64,000 nt of DNA from Pseudomonadales bacterium (GTDB taxonomy: Bacteria; Pseudomonadota; Gammaproteobacteria; Pseudomonadales; JBFGWM01): NCBI GenBank assembly GCA_041682035.1, contig JBFKKR010000002.1, positions 216 to 64,215 on the forward strand, read 5' to 3'. The position numbers were made by a program, and so were the translations under genes. Shown in pieces: positions 30,245-41,159 of the stretch. A model generated the notes under the pieces. That model saw nothing but the letters and a program-made list of their open reading frames with translations, searched no databases and had not been told where the DNA came from. Within the stretch, counting starts at the first letter, position 1. Each line of letters opens with the position of its first letter.

Positions 30245-30760
30245 TCACTGGGGAGGCATCGCGCCCGGGACCCTTTCAGGCGTAGCTGTCGCCCCGTCCG
30301 CGCCAGCCGCCTCACCGGCCGCCTGCGCTTCGGCGTCCAGCGCCTCCTGCAGGATGGCCGGAGTCTCCTCGGCGGCGGGCGTGTCGCCCTCCGGCGCAGC
30401 GGGCACGTCCAGCGCGTCCGGCGCCACCGGCACCTCCGAATCACCGGTGTCGTTCAGGATGTCCTGCAGGTTCGCAGGCACCTCGACCGCCGCCGGCACC
30501 TCGATACGGAATTCCCCGGTCTGCTTCGCCTTGTCGCTGGCGACGATCGCCAGGCCGACGCTGGTGGCGAAGAAAAAGAACGCCAGGAAGCCGGTCGCCC
30601 GCGCCAGGAAGCCGACTGAACCGGTGCTTCCGAACAATGTCTGCGAAGCGCCGCTACCGAAGGAGGCGCCCATTTCGGCGCCCTTGCCCTGCTGCAGCAG
30701 CACCAGCCCGACCAGCGCGACCGCGGCCAGCACGTGAAAAATCAAGAGGATCTGTTCCAT
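30245..30760 (-). CDS. secG: Preprotein translocase subunit SecG with a long acidic/Pro-rich C-terminal tail
   Basis: MEQILLIFHVLAAVALVGLVLLQQGKGAEMGASFG. It is 171 aa, versus about 110 aa in E. coli (from memory). Confidence 0.85.
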   Translation of the reverse strand: MEQILLIFHVLAAVALVGLVLLQQGKGAEMGASFGSGASQTLFGSTGSVGFLARATGFLAFFFFATSVGLAIVASDKAKQTGEFRIEVPAAVEVPANLQDILNDTGDSEVPVAPDALDVPAAPEGDTPAAEETPAILQEALDAEAQAAGEAAGADGATATPERVPGAMPPQ

Positions 30761-30767
30761 CCCGCCT

Positions 30768-31538
30768 TCAATCCAGTTTCTGTTCCGGATCTGCCGCCCG
30801 GCAGATCTGTGCAAATTCGGCAGCCTTCAGGGACGCGCCCCCGACCAGGCCACCATCGATGTCCGTCATCGCGAAAAGTTCCGCGGCGTTGTCGGATTTT
30901 ACGCTGCCGCCGTAGAGAATCCGCGTGTTCTCCGCCAGAGCGCCGTCCACCGCCGCCAGTCGCCCACGCAGGAACCCATGCACTGCCTGGGCCTGCTCCG
31001 GCGTCGCCGTCAGGCCGGTGCCGATCGCCCAGACCGGCTCGTAGGCGACGACCAGGCGGTCCAGCTCAGCGGCCGCGATTCCCGCGAGCACCGCCTCCAG
31101 CTGACGCGCCACCACGGCTTCGGTCTGGCCCGCCTCGCGCTCCGCGCGCGTTTCCCCGACACAGAGAATGGGCACCAGCCCGGCCGCCAGCGCGGCCCGC
31201 ACCTTCGCCAGGACCCGCTCATCGGTGTCGCCGAACAGGGTCCGACGCTCGGAGTGCCCGATGATGACGTACCGGCACTGGCAGTCGACCAGCATGGCCG
31301 CGGACGTCTCCCCGGTATAGGCGCCAGACTCGTACTCGCTGACATCCTGGCCGCCCACCCCGATGTTGGTGTCCTGCAGCGCGCCGGCCACCGCGCGGGC
31401 CATGACGTGCGGTACGCAGACCACCAGTTCGGACTGTAATGACGCCACCGCGGGACAAAGACCGTCCAGGAGTTCCCGGGCAAACGGGAGATCCCCGTTC
31501 ATTTTCCAGTTTCCGGCTACCAGCGGTCGGCGACTCAC
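30768..31538 (-). CDS. tpiA: Triose-phosphate isomerase
   Basis: PLVAGNWKMNG, IIGHSERR and AYEPVWAIGTG. I prefer GTG 31538 (AAGGGA 7 nt upstream) over TTG 31559. Confidence 0.92.
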   Translation of the reverse strand: MSRRPLVAGNWKMNGDLPFARELLDGLCPAVASLQSELVVCVPHVMARAVAGALQDTNIGVGGQDVSEYESGAYTGETSAAMLVDCQCRYVIIGHSERRTLFGDTDERVLAKVRAALAAGLVPILCVGETRAEREAGQTEAVVARQLEAVLAGIAAAELDRLVVAYEPVWAIGTGLTATPEQAQAVHGFLRGRLAAVDGALAENTRILYGGSVKSDNAAELFAMTDIDGGLVGGASLKAAEFAQICRAADPEQKLD

Positions 31539-31643
31539 GGCGAATTCCCTTTGGTCCAAGGGGCGCAGATGTTACCCAAGTGGCCCCTGACTGACAACTT
31601 GAAACCGGCCACCGGGCGGAATCGGCCCGCGGGCGGCGGGGTC

Positions 31644-32984
31644 CTAGGCGGCGCAGGCGCCCTCGACGCGGTCGGCGAGCTGCCGGGCGAGTCGTTCCAC
31701 CTCGCCGGCGTCCTCGCCCTCCACCATGACCCGCACCACCGGCTCGGTACCGGACGGACGCAGCAGGACGCGGCCGCGGTTGCCCAGTTCCGCCTCCACC
31801 TCGGCCACGGCCGCCTTCACACCCGGGTCGGCCAGCACGTCGCGCTGGCTCTGGAGGCGCACGTTGATCATTTTCTGGGGGAACTTGCGCATGCCCTTTT
31901 TCAGCTCGTGCAGCGTGGCGCCGGCGCGGTTGAGCGCGACCAGCACCTGCAGGGCGGCGACGATGCCGTCGCCCGTGGTCGTCACCGACCGGCACACGAC
32001 GTGGCCGGAGGTCTCCCCGCCGAGCTGCCAGTCCCGCGCGGCAAGTTCCGCCATGACGTAGCGGTCACCCACCTTCGCCCGGCAGAACTCGATGCCGAGG
32101 TCGCGCAGCGCCAGTTCCAGGCCGAGGTTGCTCATCTGCGTGCCGACCACGCCACCGCTCAGCTTGCCGACCGCGTGACGGTCCTTGGCGGTGATGAAGA
32201 GCAACTCGTCGCCATCGACGATCTCACCCTTGTGATCGACCATGATGACCCGGTCGCCGTCGCCGTCGAACGCGATGCCAAGATCGGCATGCTCGTCCAG
32301 CACGCGCTGGCGCAGCATCGCGGGAGACGTCGAACCGCAATCCTTGTTGATGTTGAGCCCGTCCGGCTCGGCGTTGATCGCGATCACGCTGGCGTTCAGT
32401 TCACGGAAAACGCCCGGGGCGACCTGGTAGGTGGCGCCATTGGCGCAGTCCAGCACGATCTTCATCTCGTGCAGGTCGGTCACCGCCGGGATGGTGCTCT
32501 TGCAGAACTCGATATAGCGGCCGGTGGCGTCGGTGATGCGCGCCGCCTTGCCGAGCGATTCCGCCGGCACCGTCGTCATCGGCGCCTCGATCTGGCGCTC
32601 GATCGCCAGTTCCACCTCGTCGGCGAGCTTCACGCCGGCCTGGGAGAAGAACTTGATGCCGTTGTCGGGGTAGGCGTTGTGGGAAGCGCTGATGACGATG
32701 CCGGCCTGCGCCTTGAAGGTGCGCGTGAGGTAGGCGATCGCCGGCGTCGGCATCGGGCCGAGCAGGCGGATATTCACACCCGCGGCGGAGAGACCGGCCT
32801 CCAGCGCCGACTCGAACATGTAACCGGAGATGCGCGTGTCCTTGCCGATCAGCACCTTGCTGTTGGGCTTGTCGGCGAACACCTTGCCCACCGCCCAGCC
32901 CAGCTTGAGCATGAACTCGGCGGTGATCACGCCCTCGCCGACCGTGCCGCGGATACCGTCCGTCCCGAAGTATTTCCTGGTCAT
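31644..32984 (-). CDS. glmM: Phosphoglucosamine mutase
   Basis: [24 protein letters not shown] and GGETSGH. Confidence 0.95.
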   Translation of the reverse strand: MTRKYFGTDGIRGTVGEGVITAEFMLKLGWAVGKVFADKPNSKVLIGKDTRISGYMFESALEAGLSAAGVNIRLLGPMPTPAIAYLTRTFKAQAGIVISASHNAYPDNGIKFFSQAGVKLADEVELAIERQIEAPMTTVPAESLGKAARITDATGRYIEFCKSTIPAVTDLHEMKIVLDCANGATYQVAPGVFRELNASVIAINAEPDGLNINKDCGSTSPAMLRQRVLDEHADLGIAFDGDGDRVIMVDHKGEIVDGDELLFITAKDRHAVGKLSGGVVGTQMSNLGLELALRDLGIEFCRAKVGDRYVMAELAARDWQLGGETSGHVVCRSVTTTGDGIVAALQVLVALNRAGATLHELKKGMRKFPQKMINVRLQSQRDVLADPGVKAAVAEVEAELGNRGRVLLRPSGTEPVVRVMVEGEDAGEVERLARQLADRVEGACAA

Positions 32985-33844
32985 GGCTCCTCCGCCTCGC
33001 GCACTGCGGCCCAGATCTTCAGGGCGTCCACGGTGGGGCCCACATCGTGCACCCGGATAATACTAGCACCCCGTTCCGCAGCCAGAACGGCCGCGGCGAC
33101 GCTGGCGTGGAGGCGGCCCGCCACCGGCCGGTCCGCCAGCAGCCGGCCGAGCATGGACTTGCGCGAGAGGCCGGCCAGCACGGGAAAGCCGAGCGCGGCG
33201 AATTCCGCCAGGGATGCCAGCAGCGACAGGTTGTGGCCGAGGGTCTTGCCGAAGCCGAAACCGGGATCGAGGCAGATACGCTCGTCGCCGATGCCGGCAG
33301 CACGGCAGGCCGCCACCCGTTCGAGCAGGAAATCGCGCACGTCGGCGACCACGTCGGTGTACTGCGGGTCATCCTGCATGTGCCCCGGCTCGCCCTGCAT
33401 GTGCATCAGGCAGACCCCGGCCGGCGTGGCGGCAACCGCCTCCAGCGCGCCCGGGCGGGTCAGTGCCCGCACATCGTTGACCAGCACCGCGCCCAGCGCG
33501 ATCGCTTCCGTCATGAGTTCCGGCGCACTGGTGTCCACGGAGATGGCGACCGGCAGTTCGGCCGCGATCCGTTCCACCACCGGCAGCACGCGATCCATTT
33601 CCTCCTGCAGGGAAGGCCGGTGCGACCCGGGACGGGTCGATTCACCGCCCACGTCCACGATCATCGCCCCCTCCGCCTGCATGGCCTCGGCGTGACGGAC
33701 GGCGGCATCGAGGAGGGCGCGCCCTTCGCCGTGCCAGCGGCCGCCGTCGAAGAAGGAATCCGGCGTGACGTTGAGTATGCCCATCACCATGGGCAGGCAG
33801 GCGCCGGGGGTACGGCCGGACCAGGGCGGCCGCGACTTGCTCAT
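32981..33844 (-). CDS. folP: Dihydropteroate synthase
   Basis: [25 protein letters not shown] and IRVHDV. ATGA overlaps occur at both ends. Confidence 0.93.
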   Translation of the reverse strand: MSKSRPPWSGRTPGACLPMVMGILNVTPDSFFDGGRWHGEGRALLDAAVRHAEAMQAEGAMIVDVGGESTRPGSHRPSLQEEMDRVLPVVERIAAELPVAISVDTSAPELMTEAIALGAVLVNDVRALTRPGALEAVAATPAGVCLMHMQGEPGHMQDDPQYTDVVADVRDFLLERVAACRAAGIGDERICLDPGFGFGKTLGHNLSLLASLAEFAALGFPVLAGLSRKSMLGRLLADRPVAGRLHASVAAAVLAAERGASIIRVHDVGPTVDALKIWAAVREAEEP

Positions 33845-34308
33845 GCCTGCCCGCAGCGGGCCAGCAACTCGACCTCGGCCTCGGTCAGCTGGTCACGCGG
33901 CAGCATGTGGAACAGCGTGGTCATGGGGTAGATGAGCACCATTTCCGGAAACACGCCGACCTTCTTCAGTTCCGCGAAGGTATAGCGCGCCTCGCCATGC
34001 GCGGATTGCAGATGCACGCCGCCTGCCGTGATCTCGAAGAACTGCTCCTGGTGCAGTAGTTCGTTGCGGCGGTAGATGCGGCGGAACATCCAGCGGTTGA
34101 TGGCGGGCGCCAGCAAGAACATGAAGATGATCAGCGCCAGGTAGTAGGACAGGCCGAGCTGGAGCCAGTCGATCTCCCGCCCCTGCAGGATGGGAACGGC
34201 GAGCAGGGGCAGAACGAACAGCGCGACGATCAGCCGGCGGCGCGTCGGCGCGAACGCGTAGACGCTGCCGCGCACGAACTGGTCCTCGGTGATGTGGTAG
34301 CTGCGCAT
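33841..34308 (-). CDS. YcxB-like small membrane protein (family call tentative)
   Basis: 155 aa with two central TM helices and then a ~70-aa soluble domain. Its stop overlaps the folP start as ATGA. Confidence 0.5.
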   Translation of the reverse strand: MRSYHITEDQFVRGSVYAFAPTRRRLIVALFVLPLLAVPILQGREIDWLQLGLSYYLALIIFMFLLAPAINRWMFRRIYRRNELLHQEQFFEITAGGVHLQSAHGEARYTFAELKKVGVFPEMVLIYPMTTLFHMLPRDQLTEAEVELLARCGQA

Positions 34309-34332
34309 GCTGTGAGTCTTGGTTAAAGCGTT

Positions 34333-34532
34333 GTCCGGCTGAAGCCGGACCCACAGGCCGCTCCGGCTATTGGTCGGCTGAAGCCGGGCCTACAGGCAAT
34401 GCCGGTCATTGTCCGGCTGAAGCCGGACCCACAAATCATTCGAATCATTGTGAACCCACAAATCACTGTGGAATCACAAATCAGTGTGGGTCCACAGGTC
34501 GATCCAACTGTGGGTCAGACGTCAGTCTGACA
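34333..34532. repeat. Cluster of REP-like palindromes (4 clear units plus related CACAAATCA[C/G]TGTGG motifs)
   Basis: GTCCGGCTGAAGCCGGACCCACA at 34333-34355 and 34411-34433, GGTCGGCTGAAGCCGGGCCTACA at 34372-34394, and the inverted unit TGTGGGTCAGACGTCAGTCTGACA at 34509-34532. Confidence 0.8.
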
Positions 34533-34554
34533 CCAGACCTCTGCCCGACAGGCA

Positions 34555-36489
<1,935 letters not shown>

Positions 36490-36594
36490 GTCGTTCAAAA
36501 TTGCACCCTCACTGCCGGGCGGTCCCCACCGGGGAACCGTCCTCAATATTTCCTGAATTTCAGCTTACACCAGAAGCCCTGTCGCAACCGAACC

Positions 36595-37269
36595 CTACGC
36601 GCCACGGTAACCGCGCGCGAGATAGTAGGTTTCGCGGGACCGGTCCCGCGACGCACGTGGCTTGCGCGTCTTCAGCTGTTCGAACAAGTCCTTGATCTCT
36701 GTGCGAAATGCTTCAATGCCCTCGCCCTGGAACACTTTGACAAGCAAATCCCCGCCGGGTTTCAGGTGTTCCCGCGCGAATTCGAGGGCCAGTTCGGCCA
36801 GCAGCATGGCGCGGGGCTGGTCGATCGCCTTGTTACCACTGATATTGGGGGCCATATCGGACATTACAAGGTCCAGCCGGCGGTCTCCAAGGGCGGCCCG
36901 TATGCCGGCCAGCGCCGCCTCCCCGGTGAAATCACCCTGGATGAAAGCCACCTCGGGCAGCGCATCCATGGGCAGGATGTCGCTGGCGACCACCAGCCCG
37001 CCGGGGCCGACCCAGTCAGCCGCCAGCTGCGACCAGCCGCCCGGCGCGGCGCCGAGGTCCATCACGGCCATGCCCGGCCGGATGATCCGGTCCTTCTCCT
37101 GGATCTCGATCAGCTTGAAGGCGGCGCGGGACCGGTAGCCCTCCCGGCGTGCCGCCTGCACGTATGCATCCGCCTCGTGCTCGTCGATCCAGCGCTGGCT
37201 GCTGCCTGTCCGCTTCGCCACGCCCACTCTCCACGCAACAACGATTTGACTTCGCGCCCGGATTGGCAA
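36595..37269 (-). CDS. rlmE: 23S rRNA (U2552-2'-O)-methyltransferase RlmE/FtsJ
   Basis: SSQRWIDEH..YRSRAAFKL and DLGAAPGGWSQ. The true start may be GTG 37221. Confidence 0.9.
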   Translation of the reverse strand: MPIRARSQIVVAWRVGVAKRTGSSQRWIDEHEADAYVQAARREGYRSRAAFKLIEIQEKDRIIRPGMAVMDLGAAPGGWSQLAADWVGPGGLVVASDILPMDALPEVAFIQGDFTGEAALAGIRAALGDRRLDLVMSDMAPNISGNKAIDQPRAMLLAELALEFAREHLKPGGDLLVKVFQGEGIEAFRTEIKDLFEQLKTRKPRASRDRSRETYYLARGYRGA

Positions 37270-37329
37270 AGGCTCTCACCGAGCCGTGCCTGCCGACGGC
37301 CGCCTCCATTTTACTGTGTGCTGGCGGTG

Positions 37330-39633
37330 ATGATGAAAAAACTCCTGCTGCTGGTCCTGGTCGTCGTCATCGGCATCCCCGCCCTCCTCTTCGGGTGGAT
37401 CCTGGTCGACCGGGAACTGAACCCCACCACCTTCGAGACCATCGGCGAATACAGCCAGGCGCCGATCCCGCCGGAGCGCCGCCGGGATGCCGCGCTGCGG
37501 CAACAGGCCGCCCGCAGTGCACTCGGCGTCGCCGACGGCCGGCAGATCCTGTTCGGCGACCTGCACGTGCACACCACTTTCTCCATCGACGCCTTCACCT
37601 GGAGTCTGCCATCCATGCACGGCACCGGCCTGCACCCGCCGGCGGACGCCTGCGATTACGCGCGGTTCTGCTCCCAGCTGGATTTCTGGTCCACCAATGA
37701 CCACTCGGAAGGACTGACGCCGCGCCACTGGGAAATGATCCGCGACAACGTCAATCAATGTAACGCGCTGTCGGGCGACCCCGCCGACCCGGAAATGGTG
37801 ACCTTCCTCGGCTGGGAGTGGACCCAGATGGGCAACACGCCCGAGGCGCATTACGGCCACCGCGTGGTGGTGATGAAGGACGAGGAGCGCGAGCGGACGC
37901 CGGCGCGGCCGATCATGTCGGGCGGGCTGGCGGTGAGCGCCATGCGCAAGGACTCCATCCCGCCGCTGCAGAAGCTCACCGCGCCCTATCTCGGCATGCC
38001 ATTCAATGCCGAGAACCGCCAGATGCTGCGCAACCTCTACGCCAAGCAGGATTACCTGCGCGCGCAGGAACTGTGCAGCAACGACGTGCCGTCGCCCGAC
38101 CTGCCGCAGAACTGCATGGAGTACGCCGACACGCCGGGCGACCTGCAGCGCAAGCTGCGCGAGTGGGGTTTCCCGGCGCTGGTCATCCCGCACGGCACCA
38201 CGTGGGGCTACTACACGCCCCCCGGCACGAAGTGGGACAAGCAGCTCAGCCGCGACATGCACGACCCGGCGCTGCAGGCCCTGATCGAGGTGTTCTCCGG
38301 ACACGGCAATTCCGAGGAGTACCGCGACTGGCGGGCCGTGGATTTCGCCGCGGACGGCTCGATGTCCTGCCCGGAGCCCACCGGCGATTACACACCGTGC
38401 TGCCATCGCGCCGGCGAGATCATCCAGTCGCGCTGTGAGGACCCGTCCTCGACGGAATGCGCGGCCCGCGTGGCAACAGCCGAGATCAATTACCTGCAGG
38501 CCGGCCGGGGCGGCCGGCTGACGGTGCCTGACGTGGCGCCGGAGGAATGGCTGAACTGCGGCCAGTGCACCGACTGCTACATGCCCGCCTTCAATTTCCG
38601 GCCCGGAAATTCCGTGCAGTACATCATGCAGCTCGCCAACCACGCCGAGCAGGACGCCAACGGCGATCCGTTGCGGTTCCGCTTCGGTTTCATCGGCTCC
38701 AGCGACAACCACCTGGCGCAACCGGGCGTGGGCTACAAGGAAGTGGACCGGCACCTGAACACCGATACTTCCGGCCTCGCCACGAAATTCCTGAACGACC
38801 AGCTGCACCGTGTCGCCGAACCGCAGACCGATCCGCGCCACTCGGTGGCACTGGATTTGGAAAACACGCCCTTCAATTTCCTGCAGGTCAACGAGTCGGA
38901 ACGGCAGTCCGCGTTTTTCATGACCGGCGGGCTGGTGGCAGTCCACAGCCCCGCGCGTGACCGCGACACGATCTTCAGCGCTTTGCAGCAGAAAGAGGTG
39001 TACGGCACTTCCGGCCCGCGCATCCTCCTGTGGTTCGACCTGCTGCAGCCGGACGGCACCACGCTGCCCATGGGCAGCGGGCTGAAGACCGGCGCCGCGC
39101 CGCGCTTCCGGGTCCGCGCCGCCGGTTCCTACGTCCAGAAGCCGGGCTGCCCGCAGGAGAGCATCGATGCGCTCGGCGCGGAACGGCTGGAGCACATGTG
39201 CGGCGGGGAATGCTACAACCCCGGGGACGCACGCATCCCGATCGAGCGCATCGAGGTCGTTCGCATCCGCCCGCGCCTGAACGACAGCGAGCCGGCCGGC
39301 CGGCTGATCGAGGACCCGTGGAAGGTCATCCCCTGCGACACCGGCGCCGACGGCTGCAGCGTGGAGTTCAGTGACCCGGAATACGCCACCGCGGGCCGCG
39401 ACACGCTCTACTATGTGCGCGCGCTGCAGGTCCCCACGCCGACGGTCAACGGCAAGCCGCTGCAGTGCGTGAAGGAGGACGCCAACGGCCGTTGCGCCGA
39501 GGTGAAGATCTGCTGGGGCGACCAGCGTACCGAACTGGACGATGACTGCCTGGAAGATGTCAGCGAGCGCGCCTGGTCCTCGCCGATCTTCCTGGATTAT
39601 GCCCGGGTTTCCGCAGCGCCCCCGACGGACTGA
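37330..39633 (+). CDS. DUF3604-like / PHP-type metal-dependent phosphoesterase-like protein with an N-terminal membrane anchor
   Basis: 767 aa. MMKKLLLLVLVVVIGIPALLF, GDLHVHTTFSIDA, FWSTNDHSE and FLGWEWTQ. The family call is from memory of the DUF3604 motif pattern. Confidence 0.6.
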   Translation: MMKKLLLLVLVVVIGIPALLFGWILVDRELNPTTFETIGEYSQAPIPPERRRDAALRQQAARSALGVADGRQILFGDLHVHTTFSIDAFTWSLPSMHGTGLHPPADACDYARFCSQLDFWSTNDHSEGLTPRHWEMIRDNVNQCNALSGDPADPEMVTFLGWEWTQMGNTPEAHYGHRVVVMKDEERERTPARPIMSGGLAVSAMRKDSIPPLQKLTAPYLGMPFNAENRQMLRNLYAKQDYLRAQELCSNDVPSPDLPQNCMEYADTPGDLQRKLREWGFPALVIPHGTTWGYYTPPGTKWDKQLSRDMHDPALQALIEVFSGHGNSEEYRDWRAVDFAADGSMSCPEPTGDYTPCCHRAGEIIQSRCEDPSSTECAARVATAEINYLQAGRGGRLTVPDVAPEEWLNCGQCTDCYMPAFNFRPGNSVQYIMQLANHAEQDANGDPLRFRFGFIGSSDNHLAQPGVGYKEVDRHLNTDTSGLATKFLNDQLHRVAEPQTDPRHSVALDLENTPFNFLQVNESERQSAFFMTGGLVAVHSPARDRDTIFSALQQKEVYGTSGPRILLWFDLLQPDGTTLPMGSGLKTGAAPRFRVRAAGSYVQKPGCPQESIDALGAERLEHMCGGECYNPGDARIPIERIEVVRIRPRLNDSEPAGRLIEDPWKVIPCDTGADGCSVEFSDPEYATAGRDTLYYVRALQVPTPTVNGKPLQCVKEDANGRCAEVKICWGDQRTELDDDCLEDVSERAWSSPIFLDYARVSAAPPTD

Positions 39634-39685
39634 CCAGCGCCCGCGCAGTACAATAGGCGCTCCGGATGCTGCAGGAACCCAGTGC

Positions 39686-39991
39686 ATGACCACCCTTTCC
39701 CCAGAACAGAAGCGAAAACTGCGCGGTATCGGCCACGGCCTGAAGGCGGTCGTGCAGGTCGGCCAGCAGGGCCTGACCGAGGGCGTCCGTGCCGAGGTGC
39801 AGCGCGCGCTGGAGGATCACGAACTGATCAAGGTGCAGTTGCCGGCCGGTGACCCGAAGCAGCGCAAGGCGCTGGCGGAGGAACTGGCGCGGGCGACCGG
39901 CGCGGAACTGGTACAGTCGATCGGTCGCATCTCGCTGTATTTCCGCGAGAATCCGCAGGCGAACCCGAAACACTCCAACGTCAGGAAGTAG
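39686..39991 (+). CDS. yhbY: Ribosome assembly RNA-binding protein YhbY (CRM domain)
   Basis: LSPEQKRKLRGIGHGLKAVVQVGQQGLTEGV..ELIKV. Confidence 0.88.
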   Translation: MTTLSPEQKRKLRGIGHGLKAVVQVGQQGLTEGVRAEVQRALEDHELIKVQLPAGDPKQRKALAEELARATGAELVQSIGRISLYFRENPQANPKHSNVRK

Positions 39992-39993
39992 CA

Positions 39994-41106
39994 ATGGCCG
40001 GCGCAGCGGACGTTTACAAGCTCTACGGCATGGACCACTCCTACTACACCGGCAAGGTGCGCCCCTACCTGCGCTTCAAGGGCATACCGCACCGCGAGGT
40101 GCTCTCCACACTGCTGGTGTACCAGCGCTTCATCCAGCCGCGCACCGGCGTGCGCTTCATCCCGGTGCTGCAGACGCCCGAAGACGAAGTGGTGCAGGAC
40201 ACCACCGAGATCATCGAGTTCCTCGAGGCGCGCTTCACCGACCGGCCGGTGATCCCGCAGACGCCACGCCAGAAACTGGTGACCCTGCTGCTCGAACTCT
40301 ACGCCGACGAGTGGTTCCTGCTGCCCGCCATGCACTTCCGCTGGAATTACCTTGACCGTCACGAAGCCTGGCTGATGGAGGAGTTCGGCCGCGTCGGCGG
40401 CGACTTCCTGCCGGCATTCGTGCGGCGCCAGATCGGCCGCAGGGTCAGCGGGTATTTCCGCGGTTCCATCCCGAACCTCGGCGTCACGCCAAGGACGGCG
40501 CCGGCCATCGAGGCGTGGTTCCGGCAGTTCCTGTCGGCGCTGGATACGCACCTGGGCGAACACCCGTTCCTGCTCGGCACGCGGCCGTCGCTGGCGGATT
40601 TCGCCATGGCCGGCCCCCTGTACGCACACGTCTGGCGCGATCCGGGCTCACGGCCGGTGATCGAGGCCCAGGGGCCGCGCACCGTCGAATGGCTGCATCG
40701 CATGAACGAAAGCGGGCAGGATGCCGGTACGTTCCTGCCCGGCGACGCGGTGCCGGAAACCCTGTTTCCGATCCTGGCGCACCTGTTCGCGGAGCAATGG
40801 CCCCTGTTGCAGGACACCAGCACCCGGCTCGCCGCGTGGCGCGGTGAACACCCGGAGAAGACGCGCATCTCCCGCGTGATCGGCGAGCACACGTTCCGGA
40901 TCGGAGACGTGGAGGAACGACGCCTCGTCTTCCCCTATGCGCAGTGGATGATGCAGCGTCCGCTGGATCACTACGCATCCCTCGATGTTGATGAGAAAGC
41001 ATCGGTGGATGCGCTTCTGAAAAAGGTCGGTGGCCTGGAAGCGATGCAGTGGCAGGTTCCGGCGCGCGTGCGGCGCGAGAAGAACCGGCTGGTTTTCGCC
41101 TCCTGA
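39994..41106 (+). CDS. Glutathione S-transferase-like protein (N-terminal thioredoxin-like fold)
   Basis: YKLYGMDHSYYTGKVRPYLRFKGIPH and IPVLQTPEDEVVQDTTEIIEFLE, a GST_N pattern. AGGAAG lies 5 nt upstream, and the ATG starts 2 nt after the yhbY stop. Confidence 0.55.
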   Translation: MAGAADVYKLYGMDHSYYTGKVRPYLRFKGIPHREVLSTLLVYQRFIQPRTGVRFIPVLQTPEDEVVQDTTEIIEFLEARFTDRPVIPQTPRQKLVTLLLELYADEWFLLPAMHFRWNYLDRHEAWLMEEFGRVGGDFLPAFVRRQIGRRVSGYFRGSIPNLGVTPRTAPAIEAWFRQFLSALDTHLGEHPFLLGTRPSLADFAMAGPLYAHVWRDPGSRPVIEAQGPRTVEWLHRMNESGQDAGTFLPGDAVPETLFPILAHLFAEQWPLLQDTSTRLAAWRGEHPEKTRISRVIGEHTFRIGDVEERRLVFPYAQWMMQRPLDHYASLDVDEKASVDALLKKVGGLEAMQWQVPARVRREKNRLVFAS

Positions 41107-41111
41107 ACGAA

Positions 41112-41137
41112 AAAGCCCCGCCGGACGGCGGGGCTTT
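41112..41137. terminator. Bidirectional intrinsic terminator
   Basis: AAAGCCCCGCC-GGAC-GGCGGGGCTTT between convergent genes. Confidence 0.7.
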
Positions 41138-41159
41138 ACCTGTGAATTGCTGCGCGCCG

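Noticed and set aside
34333-34433. Three 23-bp repeats with a 39-bp period, which resemble a mini CRISPR array
   Set aside because: The repeats are members of the dispersed palindromic REP family. The spacers are only 16 bp and resemble each other, and no cas genes or leader are present.
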